A stretch of 64,000 nt of DNA, taken from assembly GCA_951406725.2 (NCBI GenBank), contig OX597826.1, positions 55,056,001-55,120,000 on the forward strand. Direction: 5' to 3'. The stretch comes from Octopus vulgaris (taxonomy: Eukaryota). A program made the translations under genes and the position numbers. The notes beneath the pieces are model-generated. The model was not told the origin of the DNA and made no database searches. It saw only the letters and a program-made list of their open reading frames with translations. Below, in pieces: positions 12,078 through 27,655 of the stretch. Every line of letters begins with the position of its first letter. Position 1 is the first letter of the stretch.

Positions 12078-14242
12078 AATCAATTTTACGAATAACAACT
12101 GGGACTTTATTGTTGGTGTGACTTTATCCTTATAAGAAGAGCCAAATTTATCGTTACGATGAAATTGACTGGAGGTAATAGTGTCACCTAACGGCTTTTT
12201 CAACCAGGTTTTATAACTATAATGCCAAGAAAGATAGAATCACTAGATCATATTCTTTCCATTAAAATGTATTTCTCTTTATGACAGAAATCAATATATG
12301 CAGTATGTATTTTTCCGGCTCTATCCGTTTTGAGTTCAAATCTGGCCGTGGTCAATTGTCTTCTTTTTTTTTTACCTTTTTGTTCTGGGATCAATAAATA
12401 TTAAACACATCAGTGGATTGTGAAATCCTTAGAGAGCTGAATGGAATATCTCGCTCCAGTTCTATGCATTCTGAGTTCAAATCTCGTTGTGGTCCACATA
12501 GGTGGATGACTTAGCTTATCAATTAGCTCTATGATTATCGTTTTTCTGAGGCGGAGTAAGAATTGAACAAAGTACCATGCACTATTCACTTACATTCCTT
12601 TACATTCTTAGTGCCAGTGCTGGGGCGCGTTGTCTTTTAGAGAAATAAACAAATGCCAATCAGATACAGAAATACAACCAAAGATACAGAAATACAATCA
12701 AATTCAATCAAATATCTGTCACTTTCCAAACTGGGAAATTGAATCAATGATAGAAACACTTATTGTATTTATTTTAATTGGAGATTCTTTGATATATGAT
12801 GCGGCGGATGACTTAAAAAGAGAATTATTATAGGTATGCAGTTTCAATACTTGGTGAAATGACTGAACCATTTATCTAAACATGTATCTCACTTTTTCTT
12901 TGATACTGGTACCATTTACAATGACTACTAAACCTGCGAAACCGAAAGATCGGTCTTTGTCAATTTTTAGATCAGACAGAACTTGATTTATGCTGAATAG
13001 ATATGTAATTTGTATAGATTCATAATTATTCTTGTTAAATAGACAACCATGTAGTCTCTGTCTTTGATGATAGGTTCCGTGCTTACATCATAAAGCTTTG
13101 CACGATTATATGCTTTCCATCATGAACCATTATATAATGAGTTGTGTTATATACAATCTTTTTTTACGTTTAAATCTGTAACTCTCTGCTACCATCTTGG
13201 AAAAGAGGAAATTTCAGTAAAATATAACGAAACTAGTTTATTCGATCTTCACTCTGTTATTCCGACAACAAAAACCCATTACATTAACAACAGGGTCAAA
13301 TTTCGTATTGAGACTGAAATATTGATATCACTGCTTATTGATATCGTTTAGTAGCGCATATATAATCCGTTATCAACAACTTGCGGAAATCACTTCAAAT
13401 TTCGAGTTAAACATTTTATCATCCACTGATCCTCTTGGCTGTTGCGTGTCTTTATTGTACACTGTTAATATATTAAACCACAGAGTTTGACTCTAAATCC
13501 ATCGAATTTATTTCCAAAAGAAAAAATAACCTCAGCAATAAGTTACAAGAAAAGTAAACTATTTGTTTTGTCTTTTTCCAACATCCACTGAGGAAGTTTT
13601 CGTCAATGAATTGCACGGACAGTGTGATTAATCGAAGATTTCGACCCATTATATTACATATGTTAGACGCTAACGTATCCGTATTTAATATGCAGAGCGC
13701 TTCCCTCGAGCCCATTACGTTGTGTGTACGAAGAAATGCCATGAGTTTTCCCCCCTTACCCATTAATCTCTGAAGCCATGCAAAAAGATCAAGGGCGCTG
13801 CTCTTCAGCGGAAAGGCCATAAAAACCCATTTCATTAATAAAATATAAAATATACTCCGTTCAGTTCTAGATTAGACCTCATAAAATTATTAAATTAAAT
13901 TAAATATAATTGAATTCTGGTTTGATCTTTGTGAACATTCTACAGTTATTGATTTAATCTGCTTGGTTCTCTACAATAACAAGCCAAAGATAGCAGCCAA
14001 ATATTTCTCAAAGTATAGCTTACTATTTCAGAAAGCAAAAAGAGAAGATATGAGATAATGTGATGCTGGATGCTTCGGAAAGAACAAAAAGACTGAATGG
14101 ATGGTCAAGGTTGGATCATAATTAATCATTTTTCTTTTAGATCCATTTTGATCTGTTGCTATACAACAAAAATAACGAAATATGAAATTAAGTAAAAAAA
14201 AAAAAAAAAAAAAAAAAGACAGCAATAACAACGAAAACAACA

Positions 14243-14445
14243 GCAAACAGAACGGTCGTAGATTCCATTAGCGAAGCTGCATCGAAGGCCACTAGATGGC
14301 ATTGGATAAAAGAAGGAGACCGGTATTTTGCTGCTTCTGGGATACAATCTGGGATTTGATCAACCTCAAAGGAGGTCTGATATTCAAGGATCCAAAAGCA
14401 CTTTAAGATTGCAGAGGCATCATTGATTGGTGCATCCCAGAACAC
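14243..14445 (+). mobile_element. 3' end fragment of a Hero-clade (R2-Hero) non-LTR retrotransposon
   Basis: Frame from 14258 reads VDSISEAASKATRWHWIKEGDR, matching the Hero C-terminal motif I.EAAEKASRWLWIKR.D as I recall it. Followed by a Hero-like 3' UTR (GCTGCT..GGGATACAA..TGATCAACC..GGTCTGAT..AAGGATCC). Confidence 0.65.
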
Positions 14446-14636
14446 CTGTGAGATACATCTCGAAACACATAATGCAGGTTTATATTGCGGTATTTATATA
14501 TATTGTGTTGATTGAAGGCGGTGAGCTGGCAGAACCATTAGCATGCGGGATTTTGAAGCTTTTAATTATGAAGTTTTGATCACGTAATTTGAGGAACTTC
14601 GGAACATATATGACAGCATGCCACTCGTTTCTTATA

Positions 14637-14851
14637 TCGGTTTCAAATGTTGGCACAAGGCCAGCAATTTCGGTGGAGGGTATGAGTCGATTACATCAGC
14701 CCTAGTGTTCAGCTGGTATTTATTTTGTCGGCCCCGAAAGGAGGAAAGGCAAAGTCGACTGCGGCGGAATTTGAACGCAGAACGTAAGGACAAACGAAAT
14801 GCTGCTATGCATTTTGCTCGGTGTGCTAACGGTTCAGCCAACTTGCTGCCT
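14637..14851 (-). mobile_element. SINE family A, full length
   Basis: Reverse complement of head (GCCAACTTGCTGCC), body (GAAAGGCAAAGTCGAC) and tail (GGCACAAGGCC). Confidence 0.85.
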
Positions 14852-14868
14852 TCGAGAGTTTTAATATT

Positions 14869-15443
14869 CCTTTCTACTCTAGGCACAAGGCCCGAAATTT
14901 TGGGGGAGGGGGCCAGTCGATGAGATTGATCCCAGTACACAACTAGTACTTAATTTATCGACACCGAATGAATGAAAGGCAAAGTCGACCTCGGCGGAAT
15001 TTGAACTGAGAACGTAGCGGCAGACGAAATACCTATTTTTTTACTATAAGGGGCTAAACACAGATGGGACGAACAAGGACAGGCAAACGGATTAAGTCGA
15101 TTACATCGACCCCAGTGCGTAACCGGTACTTATTTTAATCGACCTCGAAAGGATGAAGACAAAGTCGACTCGGTGGAATTTGAACTGAGAACGTAGCGGT
15201 AGACGAAATACCTATTTCTTTACTATAAAGGGCTGAACACAGATGGGACGAACAAGGACAGACAAACGGATTAAGTCGATTATATCGACCCCAGTGCGTA
15301 ACTTGTACTTATTTTAATCAACCCCGAAAGGATGAAAGCAAAGTCGACCTCGGCGGAATTTGAACTCAGAACGCAGCGGCGGACGAAATACCACAAAGTA
15401 TTTCGCCCGGCGTGCTAACGTCTCTGTCAGCTTGCTGCTTTAC
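14869..15443 (-). mobile_element. SINE A trimer (one head, three bodies, ~180-bp period) with 14-bp TSD
   Basis: AAAGTCGAC at 14981, 15161 and 15340. Identical AGAGTTTTAATATT at 14855-14868 and 15444-15457. Confidence 0.88.
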
Positions 15444-16189
15444 AGAGTTTTAATATTAGCTCATTCCTGATGAAGGTCACCTGTTGCATTAAGTTTCAAA
15501 CCGTTTCTCACATACATTTACAGCATCTACGATACAGTGATATACACTTTCAAAACGGTACTGTAGTTATGTGAAGATTCATTTTGAAACTATTCAATTT
15601 GTATTTCTCTCTGTCTGCCGGAATCCCTCTCTCTCTCTCTCTCACTTTCTTTCTTTCTCTCTTTCCTTCTTTCTTTCATAAATAGAGAAATACATACATA
15701 CGCAGACACAAAGTTTATATAATCAATAATCTCATGTCCAATCGCCATATATTTGTAAGTTGGCCAATGATAATCTCTGTCACGTTGTATTTCTAAATAG
15801 ATTATTAATTTTTTCCCTCTCGAGTTTCTCTTATGTTTTACTGTTTTCACCTTCAGCGAACTGGGGATAATTAAGAAGTCATAAAGTTGACCAGCTCTTC
15901 TTTGTTTATATGTACACACACACACACACTCATACATACACACATACACATGTACAAGCAGACAGACCAGAGATGCACATACGCACACACGTGCTTGTAT
16001 GAATATGTATTTGTGTGCTTGTGTCTATGTGTATTCATGCATTCATACATATTTATAAACGTATGTGTAAATATACAAATATATATGAGTATGCACACAA
16101 AAGTATATATACTAAATGCATATAGGTATCACTTTATATGTCTATCTATCTATCTAGCCCTGTGTGGACAATAAAGAAAGTTATCTATT

Positions 16190-16196
<7 letters not shown>

Positions 16197-16259
<63 letters not shown>

Positions 16260-16326
16260 GAATATGTATTTATATGTATATATGTATATATATGTATATA
16301 TATGTATATACATGTGTGTGTGTGTA

Positions 16327-16366
<40 letters not shown>

Positions 16367-16386
16367 CATATATATATATATGCATG

Positions 16387-16437
<51 letters not shown>

Positions 16438-16456
16438 ATATATATCTATTTTTATC

Positions 16457-16504
<48 letters not shown>

Positions 16505-16528
16505 CATATCTATTTATATCTATATGTA

Positions 16529-16567
<39 letters not shown>

Positions 16568-16570
16568 ACG
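16197..16570. repeat. Interrupted (TA)n microsatellite
   Basis: Direct. Confidence 0.95.
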
Positions 16571-17026
16571 TGTATGTATATTATACGAAACTGATACACA
16601 GGCTGGTGTGATTAGAGCCACTTGAGTGTTGTTGAGTAGTAATTTTAGGCCCATCTACTTATTTGCTTTTTATAATCTTGTTTCCTTTATTTCATTTTAC
16701 TTGTATTTACTATTCTATATTTCTACGACCCATCTATGGACCAGCGGACCATACAGGCATCCATTTTGAAGAGAAATTCGTGCAAAAGAATAAACAGAGT
16801 TTCTCGAAGCTTCATATTAACTTCTAAGGATCGGTATGACTTTCAAACACATATATTCATAAACACATATGCACGCATTGATAAACTTGATAAACACACT
16901 TACACACACACACACAAACACACACACACAAACACACATACGTGCACACAAGCACATGACGCACACACATATAAACGTGTCTGTACAAAACTGTGTGCTT
17001 ACTTATAGGTTCATAAACATACATAC

Positions 17027-17112
<86 letters not shown>

Positions 17113-17299
17113 TTATATATATATATACATATATGAACAGAAAACTTTATGCATAAGCACAAACATATTCAAGGGAATATTCACAGACATAAACGCAGAT
17201 TAAATAAAAAGTTTTATAGTCACACAATAACGCAGACACACGAACACACATACATGTATGCATACACGCAGACACATAGATGTGTAAACATTCATACGT

Positions 17300-18052
17300 A
17301 CAAATACATGCACGGCATGCATACATACATACATGCACACATAAATGCATACATACATGCATGCATACATACATACATGAATACATACATGCATACATAC
17401 ATACATTCATGCATGCATACATATATACATACATGCATATATGCCTACATACATACATGCATACATACATGAATACATACATATATACATACATTCGTAC
17501 ATGCATGCATACATACATACATGCATACATACATACATACATTCGTACATGCATGCATACATACATACAAACATGCATGCATATTTTTATGCATGTAGAC
17601 ATATATATACATACATACATGCATGCATGCATACATACATACATGTATGCACGCACACATGCATGCATACATACATACATACATACATGCATACATACAT
17701 GCTTGCATATTTACATTCATACATGCACACATACATACATGCATACTTACACACATGCATGCATACATATATATACATGCATACATACATACATGCATGC
17801 ACGCACACATGCATGCATACATACATACATGCATACATACATATATACATGCATACATACATACATGCACACATACATACATGCATACTTACACACATGC
17901 ATACATACATGCATATATGCATACATACATATAAGCATACATACATATATGCATACATGCATACATACATACATGTTTGCACACATATATGTATGCATAC
18001 ATGCATACATACCTACATACATGTATACATACATGCATATATACATACATAT
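17300..18052. repeat. Degenerate (ATAC)/(ATGC) tetranucleotide satellite, ~750 bp
   Basis: Direct; source of the 257- and 264-aa H/T/Y/M-rich ORFs. Confidence 0.95.
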
Positions 18053-18159
18053 CCAATGTATGACATCTTTGTGAAAAGAAATGGTATATTTATTTTAGAT
18101 ATATTCCTATTTATTATTATTTTCAATAACCAATATTCTTCCTTGTGGATGTATGACGG

Positions 18160-21077
<2,918 letters not shown>

Positions 21078-21803
21078 AAATTGTTTATATTTAAATAAAA
21101 ACCCAAAAGCGAGATTACATCTCTCGTTGGTAAAGTCTGACATCTGTCATGGCTGGATAATATCTGAAATGAAAGTAGAGTTAGTACAAAAGTAAAAATA
21201 TAACGAAACGAAACATATACAGAGAGACAGGGATTGAGAGAGAAAGAGGAGAGAGATTAAGAGAAAGCGAGGGGGGAATGATAAACCAGGGAGGGACAAT
21301 TGAAAGAGAACAATGAATTTTTTTATGTACTTCAATTCTTCTTCAATTGTTTTAGTGAGACAATGAAATTTTGTGGCGGTACAGACTAGCAGCCATAATT
21401 TTCATAAACATACAAAGAAGATGAACAAAATATAACTGGGATGATATGTTGGTCTATATAATATTGTTTTTTCTGCATACTATTTCGCTTTCTTTCTCTT
21501 TATAGATACATACATACATACATACATACATACATACATACATACACACATACATACATACATACATACATACATACATACATACATACATACATGCATA
21601 CATTCATACATACATACATGCACACACACATATATATACACACATATATTTACTGTGAGCATATATGTATATATGTATATATGTATATATATATATATAT
21701 ATATTTATATATTGTACATATATTTGTATATATGTATAAATATATACACAAACACACACATATATCTATATGCATTTATACATATACATACATCCGTTTA
21801 AAT

Positions 21804-21874
<71 letters not shown>

Positions 21875-21975
21875 TATTTATTTATTTATATATATATATA
21901 TGTATGTAGATATATATATATATATATTTATTTATTTATATATTTATATATATATATATATATATATACATACAT

Positions 21976-22008
<33 letters not shown>

Positions 22009-23639
22009 CATATACACATATTTATATATAAGATATATATTTGTACTGATATATTTTGTCCATACATGAACTCGAGCAGACATAAAACAGTATTTACCTG
22101 ACAATAAAAAACGAATGTAGATTTATCTCGTATTTATTTAATTTACGTTATAATTTGTTTACTCAACTATTCATGTTTTCATTTATTTATTTATCTATCT
22201 TCTTTTCAGTTTCTATGGAAAATTAATAAATCATCCAGTATTTTAATAGAACTTTTTAGTAGAACTATATATATATATATATATATATATGCGTGTTATT
22301 CGGTGTAATAATCTGTGTGCATATATGTGAGTTCAGATGTGTGTCTGTGTATGTATTTGTGTTTTCTTTGTTCGACAAATAATTTCCAGACTGTAAGATC
22401 GCACTCAACACCTGCAAAATATTAAAAAAAAAAGAAAGTCTTTCGAATGACATGATGACATTGGTAGAAATAGCTTATAACTAGTTGAGACAGACAGTTG
22501 ATATCTCTCGCTTTTAATGTCTTTCTGATATTTTTGCAGCGAATTAAAAAGAAAAAGAGAAATGGATAATTTCTTACCTCGTCTTTTAACCAATGCCGTC
22601 TTTCAGCGGTGTTAATCAGAATTAATTAATTTCAAATATTCAAAGATATTACGTTACGCAAGTGCAACCAGAAACTCGAGATATTAGCTTTTTCTTTTAA
22701 TTTTAGTGAGAACTGAGAAAGAGAGCGCGCATGGACATCTTCAAAACTTTCAAACCTAGTACGAAGGAGTGATAGAAAGAAGGATATAAGGAAGCTAGCT
22801 ATCTTCAAACTGGCGTCACTCTTCCAATGACTGTAAGAGCTAAAAGCACACACGAAGTATATATAGTGATGTCGAATACCAAATTAAGTCTATAGCATGG
22901 CTATATGGTGATAAGCTTGCTACCCAACACAGGGTTCCGGGTTCAGATATTTTTGCGATAAAGGACCTGAAATGGCTGTTACGTCGTAGCAGGACGTGCT
23001 AGAAATAGCAAGTAAATCTGTTCTTTTTTTTGTTGGAGAAAGGAGCCGGTTACCCGTGATTTCGATATCACATTCGTTGAAAGCATGCGAAATAACCTGG
23101 AAAAGAGAAAAATATTCCCGCTAAACCAAACACTGTTGGTGGGAAACTTGGGGGTTTCCGGAAAACTCTGAGGACCCAACTACCCCTCTCCCCTTTTTTT
23201 CCGGAAGAAAGTGGCTTGTGGCGGGTTTAAAGGGTTGAATGCACCTGAAAAAACTCGTGGAAAAAATTGCTTCACACAGATGTACAAACGGATCTTTCAC
23301 GAAATATTTACCCAAGATCGGGACAGGCATATGAATAGAAGGATCGATGAGACGGATAAAAAAAGGACTGAGCGGCTGGCGAAACAGAATGAAAGAAACA
23401 AAAGCAGGAGATAGCATGAATCGAATTCTGATGTGAATAGAAACGGAATAAAACAAGTTTCGGGTAATCAGACCACAGGCCACGAACCATGAGAATCGCA
23501 TTTTTTATTTCGGCTACCTTTATAAATAGCCAAACCGGCATATAATGTTTATTATTGCCATTGAACAGCAAACGATAAATATAAATTTTCAGTGACCCTA
23601 TTTGGGATTTTTCGAAAATTTTTTTCGTAATTTCCAAAA

Positions 23640-23747
23640 TAATTCACATATGAAGAAGATTTCATTACTATATATTATTTTAACTCCCAAGACATTTGGC
23701 AAAGCTAACAAAATGTGAATAATAAAATTTGGCAGTTAATGGGTTAA
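23640..23747. mobile_element. Possible piggyBac-type right terminus
   Basis: Ends GGCAGTTAATGGG|TTAA (CCC/GGG terminus plus TTAA site). No matching left end identified. Confidence 0.35.
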
Positions 23748-23797
23748 AATTGTTGCACCTAAATGCAAGAATTGTCTTCCATGTTACTCCTTAATTA

Positions 23798-23925
23798 GGC
23801 GCAGACTTGGTTGTGTGATAAGAAGATTGTTTCCCAACCACGTGGTTCCAGGTTCAGTTCTACTATAGATTCGGGCCTTGTGAATAGATTTGGTACACTG
23901 AAACTGAAAGAATCCCGTTGTATAT
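23798..23925 (+). mobile_element. SINE family B 5' half
   Basis: GGCGCAGACTTGGTTGTGTGATAAG..CCACGTGGTTCCAGGTTCAG..GATTTGGTA..GAAACTGAAAGAA. Confidence 0.75.
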
Positions 23926-23926
23926 G

Positions 23927-23957
<31 letters not shown>

Positions 23958-24090
23958 GTGTGTGTATGTGTGTGTGTGTAGGTATGTATGTCTATATGTA
24001 TATATATATATATTGATATATATATACATACATTTATATACACATATATATATATACATACATATACATATATACATACATACATTTATG

Positions 24091-24133
<43 letters not shown>

Positions 24134-24504
24134 TTTCTTGTCTGTGTTTTGAAAAATAAAAAAAGTATAAAAACCCGCGTCATTTACAGGGTGACCTAAT
24201 ATTTAAAAAGAATTTTTAAGACAATTCCTAAACGAATTCGAATATATAAATATATGATTCTTTAAAGATTGAATGTCTAGGAGGGACTAACCCAGTAAAG
24301 GGCCCAGAAGTAAAAATGGTTGGTGAACACTGTCGTAGATGGTACATAGTGTCCCCATGTGTTTGTATATGTGAGTACACAGTTGTATATATATCATTTT
24401 ACATATATTTATTCGCACATTGAAGTCAACTTAACAAAGAACATACAGGAACAAATAACTCTCTCTCACACACACGCAGATATATATATATATATACATA
24501 TGTG

Positions 24505-24760
24505 ACGGGCTTCTTTCAGTTTCCGTCTATCAATTCCACTTTGGTTGGCCCGAAAACATTTCCCGATTTTTCCACGCTGTGATACTGAACTCAGGGTTTG
24601 GGAGCTAATTAAAAGTGGGATTTCCTCCTTGACAACGATAACGAAATTAATTCATTGCCTGCCACGAGCCCCATTTGGGGATCTGCTAAAAACAGTCCAC
24701 TGAACCCGGAACCCCGTGGTTAGGTAGCAAGCTTCTTACCACACAGCCACTCCTGCGCCT
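24505..24760 (-). mobile_element. SINE family B 5' half, interrupted
   Basis: CTTACCACACAGCCACTCCTGCGCC at the right end; GACGGGCTTCTTTCAGTTTCCGTCTA at the left. Confidence 0.75.
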
Positions 24761-24813
24761 AAATACATAGATACATAGATACATAGATACATACATATAT
24801 ATTATATATATGG

Positions 24814-24894
<81 letters not shown>

Positions 24895-25051
24895 TATATA
24901 TATTTGAAAAATTGAATTAAAATGACTTGCCAGATTAGTTTTTCAATTTAATAATGAGACATTTATGAATTTATTATTAAAGTGAAAAAAATTATCAGAA
25001 AAACCGTGAAAAGCCATTTCCATTCATTTTGTGAAATATGTAGTACTGTAC

Positions 25052-25096
<45 letters not shown>

Positions 25097-25931
25097 TGAC
25101 TACTACGGCAACAACAACAACAACGACACACACACACACACACACAGTCATAGATTCGTATATACAACTGACGTGGCCACATATACACAGTTTCTGTACA
25201 GCTGAAAATATTAAAATATTTAGTGCAACAGCAAATAACTTGAGTCTCATAAAATGAATATTTTTCTGCTTGTTTGGTCATTTAAAATACAATCAGTCTC
25301 GAATATTCTAAACACTGTTTAAACTGTGGCGCGTGTATGATAAATAGCAGATGCATTTTATGACACGCAAGCATTAGAGCATAGCCTCCGGCGAAAAATA
25401 ACTGCCCTTCAAATATACAAAATATTTCACAGAAGAGAAAGATATTCTGGTCATATACACTCTCACGTACAGATATAAACACCCATCTACACACACATTT
25501 ATCTATATCGGCATACACATCCCTGTACAAGTCACATATGAATTACTAATCAGATAAATTTATATTAAAACCTTGAGTCTCGACAATATGTAGCTCAGTA
25601 ATCTTGCCTCAAATACCCAAGAAAAAAATAGACGTAATATTTTTTGTTTGACAGTATTTAATGCGGAATAATTTATGAATTATCTGCCCATGTGAGCTGT
25701 CCGATGAATGTCATTTGGAAAACCACCTGACTTGCGTTAACCAATGTAGTAGATAAGCTGTGACACTATCTTGCGTATTTTGAAGTCTTCCCAAATAGAA
25801 TAGTATTTGTTGCCTGATTAATTTTATATTGAAGGTATCTATGATATTTCGTGTAGGAGATATAGCTATACACTTCAAAAATGAATAGAGTATTTTTTCT
25901 CGTCCTTGAATGAAGAAAATCCGTACATACA

Positions 25932-26043
25932 TACGAGGCGTATATGAAAAGGCTTGAGCCTAAAAAGACTTCTGATGAAGGTACAAGACTTCAAGACTCA
26001 AAGGCCTTGAAGGCTCAAAACTTTTCATACACCTCCTCTCGTA
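25932..26043. mobile_element. Tc1/mariner-type MITE, 112 bp including the TA sites
   Basis: TIRs TACGAGGCGTATATGAAAAGGCTTGAGCCT and AGGCTCAAAACTTTTCATACACCTCCTCTCGTA; TA at both ends; CGAGG.. start typical of mariner. Confidence 0.8.
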
Positions 26044-26047
26044 CATA

Positions 26048-26258
26048 GGCATGTGCATAGCTACAAAAGTTATTGTGTGGTAAGAAACTTGCTGCCCAGC
26101 CACATGGTTCCGGAATTGATCCCTCTGCGTGGAAACTTGGACAGGTGACTTCCAAAAGAGGTTCAAGCCAACCAAAGCCATGTGAGTGAATCTAGTTGGA
26201 AACTGAAAGAATCCCGACGATATATATATATATATGTATGTGTGCGTGTGTGTATATT

Positions 26259-26338
<80 letters not shown>

Positions 26339-27010
26339 TAAGTGAAAGAATGGAGTCGAACGAATATTTTAACAAGATTACTTTACTCTCGACATATTAG
26401 GATAATTCATTCACCTACTTATATATATATATATATATATATATATCTTTCATTTTGGGATTTGGTTTGCAAGGTTCTTTATATGAGTTCGTGTGTTGAA
26501 GCATATTCTGTTGTGTCTCGGGAGAGCCATTTTCTTTTTGTGCCTTATAATGTAACACACTCACCGGTAAAATTTCCACTTATTCATTATTTCTATTTTC
26601 CTAAAATTTTCGTTGCGTCTTGCAACACTTTCAATAGTCTTGACTCTGGAAAAGGCTGCAAGACGCAAAGAAAATTTTAGGAAAATAAAAGTAAGGAATA
26701 AGTGGAAATTTTACCGGTGAGTGTGTTACATTATAAGGCACAAAAAGAAAATGGCTCTCCCGAGACACAACAGAATATATATATATATATATATATATAG
26801 GCGTGTGTCTTTGTGTCGGTGTTTGGTCCCCAACACCGACTGACAGCGGATGCTTGTGTGTTTATGTTCCTCTTACTTAGCAGTTCGGCAAAAGACGCTG
26901 ATAGAATAAGTATAAGGATTAAAAGAAGAAAAAAAAAAGGTACTGGGAGCGATTTAATCTTCAAGGTGGTGCCACAGCATGGCCGCATTGTAATGACTGA
27001 AACAAGAAAA
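26048..27010 (+). mobile_element. SINE family B split by insertions into its internal (TA)n
   Basis: Head at 26048-26220 and tail at 26800-27010 (GGTGGTGCCACAGCATGGCCGCA..TGACTGAAACAAG), separated by (TA)n tracts and a palindromic element. Confidence 0.75.
26503..26778. repeat. Near-perfect hairpin: 122-bp arms, 32-nt loop
   Basis: 26503-26624 matches the reverse complement of 26657-26778 with 4 mismatches by my count. Confidence 0.95.
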
Positions 27011-27296
27011 TGGTAAAAAATAAAAGATACAGAGAGACTGAAAAAGAGAGAGGGGTAGGGAGGGAAGGTGGGGACAACCTACGTGCACATGAATGGTTAG
27101 ATCGAGTTGCATGCACTGGGTCGAGAAAGAAATGATGAATGATGGAATGAAACGTTACGAAAGCGTTTCTTCTGCGACATTTTGCAAAGCAACATGGAAG
27201 CCGAAAGACATAACCCATGGATGAGCTGTGTCTGCAAGACGAAGCCGGAAGCCAGTCTTGTAATAAACAAGAGGAGTGCAATGAATTGTCAATAAA

Positions 27297-27300
<4 letters not shown>

Positions 27301-27332
<32 letters not shown>

Positions 27333-27395
27333 GGTGTGCGTGTATGTGTGTGTGAATGTATGTGTGAATGTGTGTGCGATAGAGTATCTGCGTGG

Positions 27396-27432
<37 letters not shown>

Positions 27433-27655
27433 TGTATGTGATAGAGTATCTGCGTGGCAGTGTGTGTGTGTGTGTGTGAATGTGTGTGTGGTAAAGTATC
27501 TGCGTGGCAGAGTGTGTGTGTGTGTGTGTGTGCTTGTGTGAATGTGTGTGTGGTAGAGTATCTGCGTGGCAGTGTGTGTGTGTGTGTGTGCGTGTGTGAA
27601 TGTATGTGCGATAGAGTATCTGCGCGGCAGAGTGTGTGTGTGTGTGTGTGTGTAA
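27301..27655. repeat. Compound minisatellite: 5 x [(TG)n-AATG-(TG)n-GATAGAGTATCTGCGTGGCAG]
   Basis: Core motif near 27378, 27439, 27491, 27552 and 27610, separated by variable (TG)n. Confidence 0.9.

Noticed and set aside
15469-15565. Hammerhead starting at CTGATGAAGGT (also isolated CTGANGA near 1499, 25972, 42697 and 60825)
   Set aside because: No correctly placed stem II, GAAA and stem III/stem I pairing.
22707-22832. Possible plus-strand exon after a TTTTAG acceptor
   Set aside because: Stops in all three frames; a non-coding exon cannot be supported without RNA data.
24170-24332. hAT-type MITE ending GGTTGGTGAACACTG
   Set aside because: Only one degenerate end is visible, with no partner TIR or 8-bp TSD.
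27378-27632. CRISPR-like repeat-spacer pattern
   Set aside because: The spacers are just (TG)n, the context is eukaryotic and there are no cas genes.
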